Both the position numbers and the translations under genes were made by a program. DNA of 64,000 nucleotides from NCBI RefSeq assembly GCF_006345805.1, contig NC_043007.1:7998001-8062000 (forward strand). Direction: 5' to 3'. The notes beneath the pieces are model-generated. The model ran no database searches. It saw only the letters and a list, made by a program, of their open reading frames with translations, and was not told the origin of the DNA. Shown here one piece after another: positions 12,910 through 24,867 of the stretch. The stretch's first letter is position 1. Every line of letters begins with the position of its first letter. Origin of the DNA: Octopus sinensis. Taxonomy: Eukaryota.

Positions 12910-13441
12910 CACATTATAGAAAAGCAAAGGAACCCAAACAAATAAAGGAACCACCAATATTTCAGATGTCATACACTGTGGCAACAAAATCAACGAAAAG
13001 GTCACCATAAGAAATTAGCATTTATCAATTCGGTCAGTAAACCCTACTGTTTAGCAGCAGTACTTGAGCACCTGTTGAGTTCAGAATTTAATGAAGATAT
13101 TCATGCCTTAAATGAAATCAAACAAAAAGAATGTATTACCTATTCTTAATATCTGCTGAAGGAAAAGCAAAACAAGCCCAACACTACCACCACCACACCT
13201 CCACTCCCACGCAACTACCATTCCTTCCTCTGTCCCCACCACCGTCTATTCCTCCCCACCAAATACACACAAAAACGCACACATGACTCATTTGACCTTC
13301 ATACTCGTAAAAGGGAACAAAACATTCCTTCGTGGCTCGTCCACTAATGTTATAACGCCTGAAGAAATGAATCAATGATGACTATCAACAGGATCCCCAC
13401 GGATACTACAACCTACACTGTAATCATCCCTAGAATACGGA

Positions 13442-13482
13442 CTGTGATCATAAGAGACACGTGATTTGTGGAAACTCGCGTA
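13442..13482 (+). ncRNA. Degenerate hammerhead-like motif
   Basis: CTG(-)TGAT, stem II CATAA/TTGTG, GAAA-CTCGCG-TA; core lacks A6 and stem I is not evident. Confidence 0.3.
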
Positions 13483-13643
13483 GCGATGCATTAAATCTTT
13501 ATATATTCCATCCTAGGATCATTATCATTATTATTATTATTATTATTGTTATTATTATTATTGTTATTATTATTATCATCATCATCATTATTATTATTAG
13601 ATATAAGTTTTTTCATTCTCTCTCTGTTTATTTCATCGTGTTC

Positions 13644-13679
13644 CTTTCTGATGATGAGCGTAGGCTCGAAACGTAAAAG
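13644..13679 (+). ncRNA. Minimal type-I hammerhead ribozyme with intact core (PLE-type terminal module 13630-13770)
   Basis: CTTT-CTGATGA-T-GAGC gtag GCTC-GAAA-C/G-TA-AAAG: stem I CTTT/AAAG, stem II 4 bp, loopless palindromic stem III (ACGT), GUA cleavage triplet. Confidence 0.75.
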
Positions 13680-13767
13680 ACTTTCTCAATTTCCCGAGCG
13701 TCAAACTAATACACCTGCTTGTTGTGTATACCCTGTCTTCATCTCTTCTTTTTCTGTAAATTTCAAC

Positions 13768-13823
<56 letters not shown>

Positions 13824-13856
13824 GAGAGAGAGAGAGAGAGCTTATTATTATATATA

Positions 13857-13897
<41 letters not shown>

Positions 13898-14379
13898 ACT
13901 TATTAATCCGAGGGGAGGCAATGTGAACAACAACTAAAGGAACATTACACAATCCACAGAAAGATCAAACACATACACATATTCATATATTCATTTATAT
14001 CTACAGAACAGACATAAAGCCCGACGTTTAAAAGTATAATAATATATAAATAAATAAACATCGTATAAAATATATAAGAATCAGTGTTGCAATTATAACA
14101 CATTGAATTTACGCTTAAAATCATAAAACATTTGGTAAAAATTTGTTAAATTAAAAATTTGGGGCAATAAAATATATACTGACATATTAAAACGACGTAT
14201 TAAAATTCCAGAAAAATACATAAAAGATAAATATACAAAATTACAAAAATGTTCATCTATGGGTCGTTTCGGAGACGCGCCAATTAATATGAAACGTTTC
14301 ATATATTTGAAATGGAAAAATTGTGATTATAAATATGAGAAAGTGCTGAATAGTCTTTCAGTTTGAGATGGATTTCAGA

Positions 14380-14582
14380 TTTTGGCACAAGGCCAGTAAT
14401 TTCAGGGGATAGGGTAAGTCAATTATCACGATCCCACTCCTCAATTGGTATTTATTTTATCGACTCTGTAAGGATGAAAGGTAAAGTCGACCTCGGCGTC
14501 ATTTGAACTCACAACGTAATGATTAACGAAACGCCGCTAAACATTTTGCCCGTCGTGCTAACGATTCTGCCAGCTCGCCGCT
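14380..14582 (-). mobile_element. SINE family A
   Basis: Reverse complement of GGCGGCGAGCTGGCAGAATCGTTAGCACG..GAGTTCAAAT..GAGGTCGACTTT. Confidence 0.8.
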
Positions 14583-16072
14583 TTATCCTTCAAGTTAATG
14601 TTAAATTGTCTTACGGGTAATTTTATATTGTGTGTGTGTGTGCGTGCGTGCGTGCGTGTAATACAAAACATGAGAGATTGTAAGGTATTTCGTTACACCA
14701 TCTTACATGTGTTTCATTAACCTAGAGTGACCAATGGTTATAGAATGTCAGTTACATAATCATGACTTATGCTCAAGTCACGAGACACTTTTAGACGCCA
14801 CATTCTTCGATTGAAATACGTCTCGCAGCCGTCATTTACAAACGAATATAACATGGTACCATCCACATGCAAATATAACATGGTAGCATATCCCATTGCT
14901 TTCGTTAATTGGTTTAAGTGCCTAGATAGTCAGGAGAAAACTTCCCATGGACCAGCGGAATATCCAGAATGTGACGGCTAGAGAGAAATAGAGAGGGGGG
15001 GAGAAGGGAGCTGTACAAAGACTCGGCTGATAGGCGTTCAAGCAGACTAGACGGAAGTGACGTCACGGAATGACATCATGAGTCGTTCAGAGCAGGAATC
15101 AAACACCGACCTTTGAATGAAACATTCAAACAACCACTCGGACACCACTCGGACACCACTCAGATATTAATGGTTTAACAAAAATCATTGTGGAGCAAGG
15201 AATATACCGTCAGGGCAAGTTTTTTTTTTAAGTATATTCTCCTAGATAACCTCTCTTAAACTTTCAAATTTGCATAGTTTTTCGTCTCAAACGATATATT
15301 TCAACCAAGATTTATGTTTATTTCCAAATGTGAGGAGTTTGGAAAATATTTGCGGAAAAAACATTTTGAACCATTCGGAAAGGTTATCGCTGAATATTAA
15401 CCATGTGCGCGCGCGTGTTTGTGCGTGTGTGTGTGTAAAATATAATATAACTAGTTATTATATATATATATATATTATATATATATATATTCATACATAT
15501 ACACACACACACACACACACATTTATATATTTACATTCGTACATACACACATATATATATTTACTTACTTACATACACACACATAAATATATATATATAT
15601 ATATTAAGTAATTATAATATGACATACATGGATGTATATATTACATATATACACATATATGCATCTGTATATCGATAGACATACAGACAGACAGATGGAC
15701 GGACGGATCAATGGATCGATCGATTGTGTTTCCTAATTTTCTTATATTGTTCAATTGAAATAGGTTTCTTTTAGATTCTGCACTCAATACATACTATTGT
15801 GAAAGCCCACTTTACATTGGTTTCCACGGTGTGACCTTTTCAAACGTGGGGCAATCTCTAAAATCCATACCGCATCATAAATGGTTTGCACACGAAACTC
15901 TCGGCCACTGACTCATGTCTTTAAGTGTTCTTCCTATTAATACACACACACACACACACACACACATCCACTCACATGCATACATATTTATACATTTATT
16001 GAATTTATATATACAAATATATATGCGTGTGTATGAGTATAGAAATATATATATATATATATTCATACATAT

Positions 16073-16171
<99 letters not shown>

Positions 16172-16420
16172 TATATACACAGACACACACACACACATAT
16201 ATATACCTACGTATGTGTGTATGCATTCTTACAAGTTCCATCTCGAGGGTTGCGGCCCTCTTCCTGTGGTGTTTTTGTAAATGAGTGAGTGTGATTTCGC
16301 TGTTCTCAATTGCGTTTCTTGCCGCCATATTGGTTTATCTGAGATGTCAGATAGCGCAGCATCCTCGTCTTTCTAGAATGCATTTACATCCTCTGCATGT
16401 AGATTTCTTTGGTAAGGTAT

Positions 16421-16632
16421 TGTGAAGTTGGCAGAATCGTTCCCACGCCGGGAGAAATGCTGAGCGACATTTCGTCTGTCTATGCGTTCGGAGTTCAAAT
16501 TCGGTCGAGGTCGACTTAGCCTTTCATCCTCTCGGGCTCGATAAAATAAGTACCAGTTGATTATTGGGGTCGATTTAATCGACTTAGCCCCATCCCCCAA
16601 ATGTGTTAGCTTTGTGCCAAAATTTGAAACCA
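16421..16632 (+). mobile_element. SINE family A
   Basis: TTGGCAGAATCGTT..GGAGTTCAAATTC..GAGGTCGACTT..GGGGTCGATTTAATCGAC. Confidence 0.8.
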
Positions 16633-16634
16633 AT

Positions 16635-16691
<57 letters not shown>

Positions 16692-16848
16692 AGTTCATCA
16701 AAATTTAGATTCAGATGAATATGGTACTTAAGTTAAAGGCACCAGAATTTGGTATGGTATTATCCATATAAATCCATGGGGTGATTATAATCAAAATAAG
16801 CAACAAGTATAAAAATGAACATTATCTATTTAATTAAAAAATTCTATA

Positions 16849-16936
16849 TGTGGCTGAAGAGTGCTCTACATTTTAAAACTGATGTAATAATTACATTGTT
16901 TAATTAAATGAAGTAGCATGAAACGATTGTACTGCA
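16849..16936 (+). ncRNA. Type-I hammerhead ribozyme with intact core and extended stem II
   Basis: TGTGG-CTGAAGA-GTGC...(59-nt AT-rich fold-back)...GCAT-GAAA-C GATT G-TA-CTGCA; stem I 5 bp with two G-U pairs; GUA triplet. Confidence 0.65.
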
Positions 16937-17026
16937 CTACCTTGGATATCCTTGTTGCTTATTTTGATTACATATATATATAAATATATCTGTAAATGTA
17001 ATATGTGACAATTATTCGGTAGCCAT

Positions 17027-17086
17027 GATAAAACTCGAGTCTCGCATGCCAAGGTGGAAATCCATGCCGCCATCTCTTCAGTTATC
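17027..17086 (-). ncRNA. Type-I hammerhead motif with one core mutation (GAAA>GAGA)
   Basis: Minus: GATAA-CTGAAGA-[stem II]-GAGA-CTCGAG-TT-TTATC; perfect 5-bp stem I, palindromic CTCGAG stem III, GUU triplet. Confidence 0.6.
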
Positions 17087-17338
17087 CGGCCATCGGAAAA
17101 ATACTATGAAAAATGACCGAAATAAACTCATTTCAATAATGTAGAATATTCAAGGAATAAGAAACCAATCCGCCTGCCATTTTATTAATGCGTGTATATA
17201 TGTGTATGTGTGTGTCTGTGTGTGTGTGTGTGTGTGTATGTGTGTGTGTGTGTGCGTGTGTGTGTGTCTGTCTGTCTGTCTGCCTCTGTATATTTTGTAT
17301 GTATATAGATAGACAGACATACAGACAGATAGGTAGGC

Positions 17339-17408
<70 letters not shown>

Positions 17409-18095
17409 GCAGGCAAGCAGGCAAGCAGACAGATACACACATATACATATAAAGAGTAGAGGGGAGTTCGCCTCACTCACTCGAAGGGGCAAAACCTTGT
17501 ACAAAGCCGCATGGCAATGTCTGTCTTGGCTGAATATCTCCTGCAAATGAATCAACTAAATGATACCTGAAAGGACACTAGGACCCTTATCCAGCAGAAA
17601 CACGTGACGGAGGATTGGAATTTATGGAGAAATTCATGAAGATGTGTCATTCTCCAGTCTCCCTGTATGTTGCATGAAATCCAATGAAGCGAACTCAGGA
17701 TTTACCTGTCGAGTGAAGTAGTTTGTCATTGTTTAGCTTAAAACATTCGGTATGTTTTTCTATCATTCGAAGTGGTTACCCATATCTGGATTGTATCAGA
17801 GTGACCATAAGGTACTTGATTCTAAATCCCTATTCTTTTATATACACATACATATATGTAATATTAAAATATTATCAATAATTTGTAATATACATACATG
17901 TATATATTGGGTTGGCAACTAAGTACCTGCAGTTTTTTTAAAGTTTGGAATTTATTGCGTTTTTAAATTTTGGAATCTATTTTTTTTTTCGAGAATTCTA
18001 TTTTCGAATCATTTTGGAATCTATTTTGTTTTTGCTTTTGTTTTGTTTTTCTACTTAATTTTAGTTAATTTTTGTTTATTTTCAGATCTTTAAAA

Positions 18096-19107
18096 ATGGA
18101 ATGTCAAGTTAAGAAAAATGAGCATTTTCGACACCTTTTTGCTTTTAATCAAGGTTCTAAGGCCGCAAAAGCTGTTCGCGACATTTGTGCTGTGTATGGA
18201 GAGGGTTCCACAGCTGAAAGAACCGCTCGTGATTGGTATGTCAAGTTCAAAAATGGAAATTTTGACTTCAAAGACGTATTTTGTTCTGGCCGTCCAGATG
18301 AGTTCGATGAAAAGCGATTAAACCAAATTTTGTACGAAAATTCTCGTCAAACGATAAGGGAACTGGCAGAGAAAATGGAATGCTCCTACACTGCTATAGA
18401 GAAGCATCTCCACTCGATGGGAAAGGTTCAGAAGTATGGAGCATGAGTTCCGCATGCTTTAAGTGATAACAACAGAAATCAACGAGTCACAATCTTTCTA
18501 GTCACCGCTCATGGGCACAGGCAACGATTTCTTTACCGAATCGTTACTGACGACGAAAACTGGTGCCTGTACACCAAAATGAAGCAACATCAGGAAAGGC
18601 TTAGCCCCGGTAAACAAGCGAAACCGCGCATGAAACAAGATCTTCATCCACGTAAAACGATGTTGTGCGTATGGTGGGACTGGGAAGGGGTTATCCATTA
18701 TGAATTGCTTGAACGGAACCAAACGGTCAACGCAGAACTCTATGTTCAACAGATGGAACCACTCAACACGGCTATTCAAGAGAAAAGACCTGATCGGCAG
18801 CATGGAGTTCTTCTGCTGCACCACAACGCCCGCCCTCATATCGCCAACATGACCAAGGAAGCCATTCAAATGCATGGCTGGGAAGTGTTGCCACACCCAC
18901 CGTACTCTCCTGATTTGGCACCAACAGATTTCCACCTCTTTCGTTCTCTTTCAAATGCCATGCACGGAGTTTCGTTCAATACTGATGCAGAATTGAGAGC
19001 TTGGTTGATATCTATTTTTCGAGTCGAAGTCGGGTGATTTTTACCAAAATCTTGTTGAACGTTTTGAAGAAGTTGTAAACAACACGGGTGAATACATGAT
19101 TGATTAA
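18096..19107 (+). pseudogene. Mariner DD34D transposase pseudogene (outer element)
   Basis: HTH N-terminus, *VPHAL (WVPHEL motif with W>stop), VTDDENW, HHNARPH, HPPYSPDLAPTDFHLF; stop and frameshifts. Confidence 0.92.
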
Positions 19108-19110
19108 GTA

Positions 19111-20401
19111 CGAGGGGCGTTCAATAAGTAATGCCTCTGACCCACTTGAAGTTGTTTGATCTAGCTGAAAGTTTGCATGTGCAATTATTTATATCTCTAT
19201 AGATTAAGTGGAAAATTACAGCTCTGAACTAATTGTGGTTTCTGATTTACAGGTGTTTGAACTGAGTCAAGTGTGAAATGGAGCCTGTTGAGTGTCGAGC
19301 AGTGATCCGGTTTTTGTATTTGAAAGGACGCACACCACGGAAGACTTTTGATGAAATGAAAGTAACTTATGGTGATGATGCCCCATCATATGACCTTGTA
19401 AAACGCTGGCATCGTGAATTCAAGCATGGTCGGAACTCTGTGGAAACAGCTCCCAGATCTGGTCGTCCCCCTTCTGCCATTGATGAGGCATCTGTCCGTC
19501 AAGTTGAGGCTGCCATTTTGGAAGATCGACGCATAACTATTCGCCAAATAGCCCATGAGGTCAAGATTAGTACCGGGTCTGTGGAAACTATCATTCATGA
19601 CCATTTGCATATGCAAAAGGTGTCTGCCAGATGGATTCCCAGGTTGCTCACACCTTTCTAGAAGCAAGAACGCGTCGAGTGTTCGAGGATGAATTTGGAG
19701 ATGTGCCAAGAAGATGAGTCAAAATTTTTCAAAAGACTGATTACACAGGATGAAACCTGGGTCCATCACAATGATCCAGAGACCAAAGCCCAGTCAATGC
19801 AGTGGAAGCACCGTGACTCACCTCCTCCAAAGAAGGCAAGGGTGCAACCCTCCGCTGGCAAGGTCATGCTCACAGTCTTCTGGGACCAGGACGGAGTAGT
19901 GATGACAGATTTCCTGGCAAAGGGTACCACAATTACAGGAGCCTATTATGCTTCACTTTTGAGGAAATTAAGAGAAGCTATCAAAATCAAGAGGCGGGGC
20001 AAGATCAGCAAAGGCATCCTCCTCTTGCAGGACAACGCTCCGGTCCACAACTCGCGTGTCGCCAGATCAGAAGCACAGGTGTGCGGCTATGAACTCCTCC
20101 CACATCCCCCTACTCTCCTGACCTTGCACCCTCTGATTTTCACCTCTTCCCAGTCATGAAGTTGTTTTTGAAAGGAAAGCGTTTCCCAGATGATGCAGCC
20201 TTGATTTCTGAAGTCACGTCGTGGTTGGAGGACCAAGCTGGGGTCTTCTACAAAAACGGTCTCCAGAGCTGCATCAAACAATGGAAGAAATGCGTAACTC
20301 TGGGTGGTTCCTATGTAGAAAAGACTAATAACTGTGCCAAGTTTCGTTGCTCTACTGCTATGGGAAGTGGGTCAGGGGCATTACTTATTGAACGCCCCTC
20401 G
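19111..20401 (+). mobile_element. Mariner element 2 (irritans-like), 1291 bp, nested in element 1
   Basis: 37-bp TIRs CGAGGGGCGTTCAATAAGTAATGCC(T/C)CTGACCCACTT with 1 mismatch; TA duplication at 19109-19110 and 20402-20403. Confidence 0.95.
19278..20330 (+). pseudogene. Mariner DD34D transposase pseudogene (inner element)
   Basis: MEPVECRAVIRFLYLKG..WIPRLLT, TQDETW, QDNAPVH, PHPP/YSPDLAPSDFHLF; in-frame stop at 19659-19661 and a frameshift near 20110. Confidence 0.92.
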
Positions 20402-20669
20402 TAGTTGTCTTTTTTTTATTAAACCTTTTTAAAAACTAAAAAAAAACCAGCGAGAACTTAGTTGCCAACCTAATAGATATACACACATATGCATGTATGC
20501 ATGCATGTATATATGTATATAAGCGTGTGTATATACCTGTATGTATGTGTGCATATATATGTGCGTGTATGCATGTATATATACATGTATGCATGTATGT
20601 ATACATGTATGTATATATGCATGCATGTGTGTAAGTATGTGCGCTATATATATAAATATATACATATAT

Positions 20670-20894
20670 ATTTCTTTACTACCCACAAGGGGTTAAACAC
20701 AGAGGGGACAAACAAGGACAGACAAAGGGATTAAGTCGACTACATTAACCCCAGTGCGTAACTGGTACTTAATTTATCGACCCCGAAAGGATGAAAGGCA
20801 AAGTCGACCTCGGCGGAATTTGAACTCAGAACGTAACGGCAGACGAAATACGGCTACGCATTTCGCCCGGCGTGCTAACGTTTCTGCCAGCTCA
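20670..20894 (-). mobile_element. SINE family A with Tx1-like tail
   Basis: Reverse complement of the 2009-2207 element, including the TTTGTCCCCTCTGTGTTTAACCCCTTGTGGGTAGTAAAGAAA tail. Confidence 0.85.
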
Positions 20895-21389
20895 CATACA
20901 TACATACATACATACATATATACATACATACATACATACATACATACATACATACATACATGCATATTTATATACACACACACGCGCGCGCGCTTATCCT
21001 CTTTTTGATTACTTGTGGAGTATCAAATCCATCTTCCCACTGCTGCTACAGACCTAAAAATATACAACAGGTGCCAACTGCACTTCTCTATCTTCATTCA
21101 TTGATAAGAGAACTGATGGCCTATTTTGCCCATTTTGCGCTCATCAACATCTTAATTCAGAAATAAATTCAAATCCTGTTTATATTGAACGAAGGATATT
21201 TTTAGCACTTACCGACCGTGGGAGAGTAAAACTGAACGGCAACGGATTTTCTCCGTTATTCCACTTAATTCTATATGCCACCATGGGCAAGTGGATCCTA
21301 CTATAACCCCGTGCCGACCAGGACTTGATTTGGTAGACGGAAACTGAAGAAGCTCGTTAGATATATATATATTAGTTTTTTTCTGTGTC

Positions 21390-21505
21390 CCTTCTGTAGA
21401 AGAGGGTAGGCTCGAAACGTAAAAGCCTTTTTCTATTCCTGTGCGTTATACTAATACATCTGTTTGCTTTGTACACCACCTGTCTTCGTCTTTTGTTTTT
21501 TTTTC

Positions 21506-21506
<1 letters not shown>
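21390..21506 (+). mobile_element. PLE-type terminal module with degenerate hammerhead (CTGTAGA core), same family as 13630-13770
   Basis: CTT-CTGTAGA-A-GAGGGTAGGCTC-GAAACGTA-AAAG, then CTAATACATCTG..CCTGTCTTC and (TA)n. Confidence 0.6.
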
Positions 21507-21555
<49 letters not shown>

Positions 21556-21603
21556 TATATATAAGAAAAAGGTTTGAAAATGCAATTTAAACGATGTTTA
21601 TTT

Positions 21604-21644
21604 ACTTAACCGGTTTCACTCTTTGGTAAAAGATTGTCAAAAGT
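21604..21644 (-). ncRNA. U3:A8-variant hammerhead-like motif (left arm)
   Basis: Reverse complement of the 24570-24610 motif. Confidence 0.5.
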
Positions 21645-23285
21645 TACATTTAAGGAAACATTGAATAATAGGGGTTCAAAAAAAGTTTTTTACATAATTG
21701 TCACATTGAATATTATGCATTCAAAAAAGTTTTTTACATAATTGTCACATTGGATATTATGAATTCAAAAATGTTTTTTTGTACATAATTGTCACATTAC
21801 ATGTATAAATATAGTGTTTGGTAACAGAGAAGTTCAATAGTGTGATGAGAATATTTAGGAAAATTTGGCAGAAAAGGATAAAACAAATATATTATTGGGA
21901 ATTGGTTGCGTTAATTATTGGTTGTCGCAAATTGTCACATTACATGTATATATATACAATCTTTGGTATATATATACAGCCTTTTGACAGCAAAAATTAA
22001 AATGGATTTTTTATACATCTCAGAATATTTTAAGTTCAAGGCGAGAATATGTTTTTACTGACCTGTCGGTATTAGCAGAAAGGCTGAACTGAGAGAAAAG
22101 AAGAAGTAGCCAATGTGGTGTATACTTCCCCTTTATGCATGAATGATTTTGGGGTTATCAGGAGGTTAGTATGCGGGTGTGAATAGATGTGTCCGTGCCC
22201 GCTGGTCAGATAGCGTCTGTTTGTCACACACACATATATATACACACACACACACACACACAACAACACACACACACACACACACATAGTATACAAACAC
22301 ACACCACATACAAACAACAACACACACACACACACACAGAACACACACACCCACACACAACGCACCCACATATATCACATATACATACAGCACACAAATA
22401 TAACATGTATCTATATATAACATACACAGATATATAACACACATACACACACAACACACACACACACACACAACACACGCACACATACATACATAATATA
22501 AATATCACACAAATACACCTAGCATATATATACACATACAATACACACATACAGCATGTAAATAATACACATACACAATATATGCATGCAATATACATAC
22601 GCAGTACATACATATAATATATATATATATAGACAATGCATATACATATATACACATATACATATAAATAGTGTTTACATACACATACATAGATGTACCA
22701 CATATACACACAATACACATACATACAATGCATACACATACACGTACGCATACATATAATATATATATACACACACACACATAACATACATACACAATGC
22801 ATACATATATATACACGCAATGCATATACATGTATTCATGCATATATAGCACACCTACAATATACATATATACAGTGCACACATACACACACATATATAC
22901 ACTTAATTGTACACATACATATACAGTACACATACATACAATATACATATACACAATGCGCATGCAAATAATGTACATGTTTATACACACATAAACATGA
23001 AAATATATATACACACACACACGTACACACACACATATATATATATACACAAATATATATATATATATACATATACATACATACATACATGCACATACAT
23101 TATTTTTTCACACACATACACACACATATATATATATATATAAAAAAATTCACCCCCCCCCCGAACACACACACAAATTACAAACCTATAGCGTACACAC
23201 TCAAATATATCTCTACATGCCGCACACACACACAAACAAAGTACTAACATATACACACATACCATGCATATACACACACAACACA

Positions 23286-23328
<43 letters not shown>

Positions 23329-24569
23329 CAAATACACATGTAAATACATACACACGTACACAATCCTCACACACACAACACACACACACACATACACACA
23401 CACCCGCACACAGTACACACACACACACACATATATACACACGTGCACACACACACACGCACAACGCGCGCGCACACACACATATACACACACACGCACA
23501 CAGTGCACACACACACACACACATATATATACACCCGCGCACACACACACACAACGTGCACACACACACACACACACACACATACACACAACACTCACAC
23601 ACATACATCACCTACATATATATAATGCATGCGTGTGCATGCCACGTATGTGTGCGGTCAATGCCCGCTAGTGTGTCCTATGCGTGCCGATGCGCGCATG
23701 TGCCCGCTAGGTGTATTTGTGTGATATTTATATTATGTATGTATGTGTGTGCGTGTGTGTGTGTGTGGTGTGTGTGTTGTATGTGTGTTATATATCTGTG
23801 TATGTTATATATAGATACATGTTATATTGTGTGTGCTGTATGTATATGTGATATATGTGGGTGCGTTGTGTAAGGGGTGTGTGTTCTGTGTGTGTGTGTG
23901 TGTTGTTTGTATGTGGTGTGTTTGTATACTATGTGTGTGTGTGTGGTGTGTTGGTGTGTGTGGTGTGTGTGTGGTTGTATATGTGTGTGACAAACAGACG
24001 CTATCTGACCAGCGGGCACGGACACATCTATTCACACCCGCATACTAACCTCCTGATAACCCCAAAATCATTCATGCATAAAGGGGAAGTATACACCACA
24101 TTGGCTACTTCTTCTTTTCTCTCAGTTCAGCCTTTCTGCTAATACCGACAGGTCAGTAAAAACATATTCTCGCCTTGAACTTAAAATATTCTGAGATGTA
24201 TAAAAAATCCATTTTAATTTTTGCTGTCAAAAGGCTGTATATATATACCAAAGATTGTATATATATACATGTAATGTGACAATTTGCGACAACCAATAAT
24301 TAACGCAACCAATTCCCAATAATATATTTGTTTTATCCTTTTCTGCCAAATTTTCCCAAATATTCTCATCACACTATTGAACTTCTCTGTTACCAAACAC
24401 TATATTTATACATGTAATGTGACAATTATATACAAAAAAACATTTTTGAATTCATAATATCCAATGTGACAATTATGTAAAAAACTTTTTTGAATGCATA
24501 ATATTCAATGTGACAATTATGTAAAAAACTTTTTTTGAACCCATATTATTCAATGTTTCCTTAAATGTA

Positions 24570-24610
24570 ACTTTTGACAATCTTTTACCAAAGAGTGAAA
24601 CCGGTTAAGT
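24570..24610 (+). ncRNA. U3:A8-variant hammerhead-like motif (right arm)
   Basis: ACTT-TTGACAA-T CTTTT acca AAGAG T-GAAA-CCGG-TT-AAGT: stem I ACTT/AAGT, stem II 5 bp, palindromic CCGG stem III, GUU triplet. Confidence 0.55.
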
Positions 24611-24714
24611 AAATAAACATCGTTTAAATTGCATTTTCAAACCTTTTTTCTTATATAATCCCACTCGTGCGATACCCCACAACTCAACTTTTATATATAT
24701 ATAATATATATATA

Positions 24715-24746
<32 letters not shown>

Positions 24747-24834
24747 CCAGTTCAAATAAACAAACCAAGAAAAAAATCGAGCATGAGGACTCCACAAGAA
24801 ATGTATTAGTTTGCTGCTCGGTGACTGGAGAGAG

Positions 24835-24867
24835 TTTGACGTTTCGAGCATAGCTCTTCGTCGGAAA
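24835..24867 (-). ncRNA. Minimal hammerhead motif with U4C core (CCGACGA)
   Basis: Minus: TTT-CCGACGA-A-GAGC tat GCTC-GAAA-C/G-TC-AAA; GUC triplet. Confidence 0.55.

Larger units (their letters stand above)
17907..20473 (+). mobile_element. Mariner element 1 (mellifera/cecropia-like TIR), about 1.27 kb without the nested insert; TA-flanked
   Basis: TIRs TTGGGTTGGCAACTAAGT / ACTTAGTTGCCAACCTAA (17/18 match), TA on both sides. Confidence 0.92.
21558..24692. repeat. 3.1-kb fold-back: inverted arms 21558-22523 and 23706-24657 around a CA-rich spacer
   Basis: Arms are reverse complements over about 950 bp with scattered substitutions; they contain ~37-bp subterminal tandem repeats (AATGTGACAATTATGTAAAAAACTTTTTTGAA) and a hammerhead-like motif each; (TA)n on both flanks. 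Confidence 0.9.

Noticed and set aside
14700-14760. Minus-strand GAAACACATGTAAGATG and plus-strand 10360-10390 CTGACAT..GAAACAATGTA as hammerheads
   Set aside because: The 3' half looks right, but the core reads CUGACAU and stem I does not pair; too weak to call.
17907-20473. Active or domesticated transposase
   Set aside because: Both mariner ORFs contain in-frame stops and frameshifts.
21680-21800. Regularly spaced ~37-bp repeats resembling a CRISPR array
   Set aside because: Contiguous tandem repeats without unique spacers, in a eukaryotic repeat, with no cas genes.
21558-24657. Large inverted repeats as pure assembly artefacts
   Set aside because: The arms differ by substitutions and indels, and in the 44.4-kb case one arm carries a later Helitron insertion. 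Long-read confirmation is still needed, especially at 39.6 kb near the gap.
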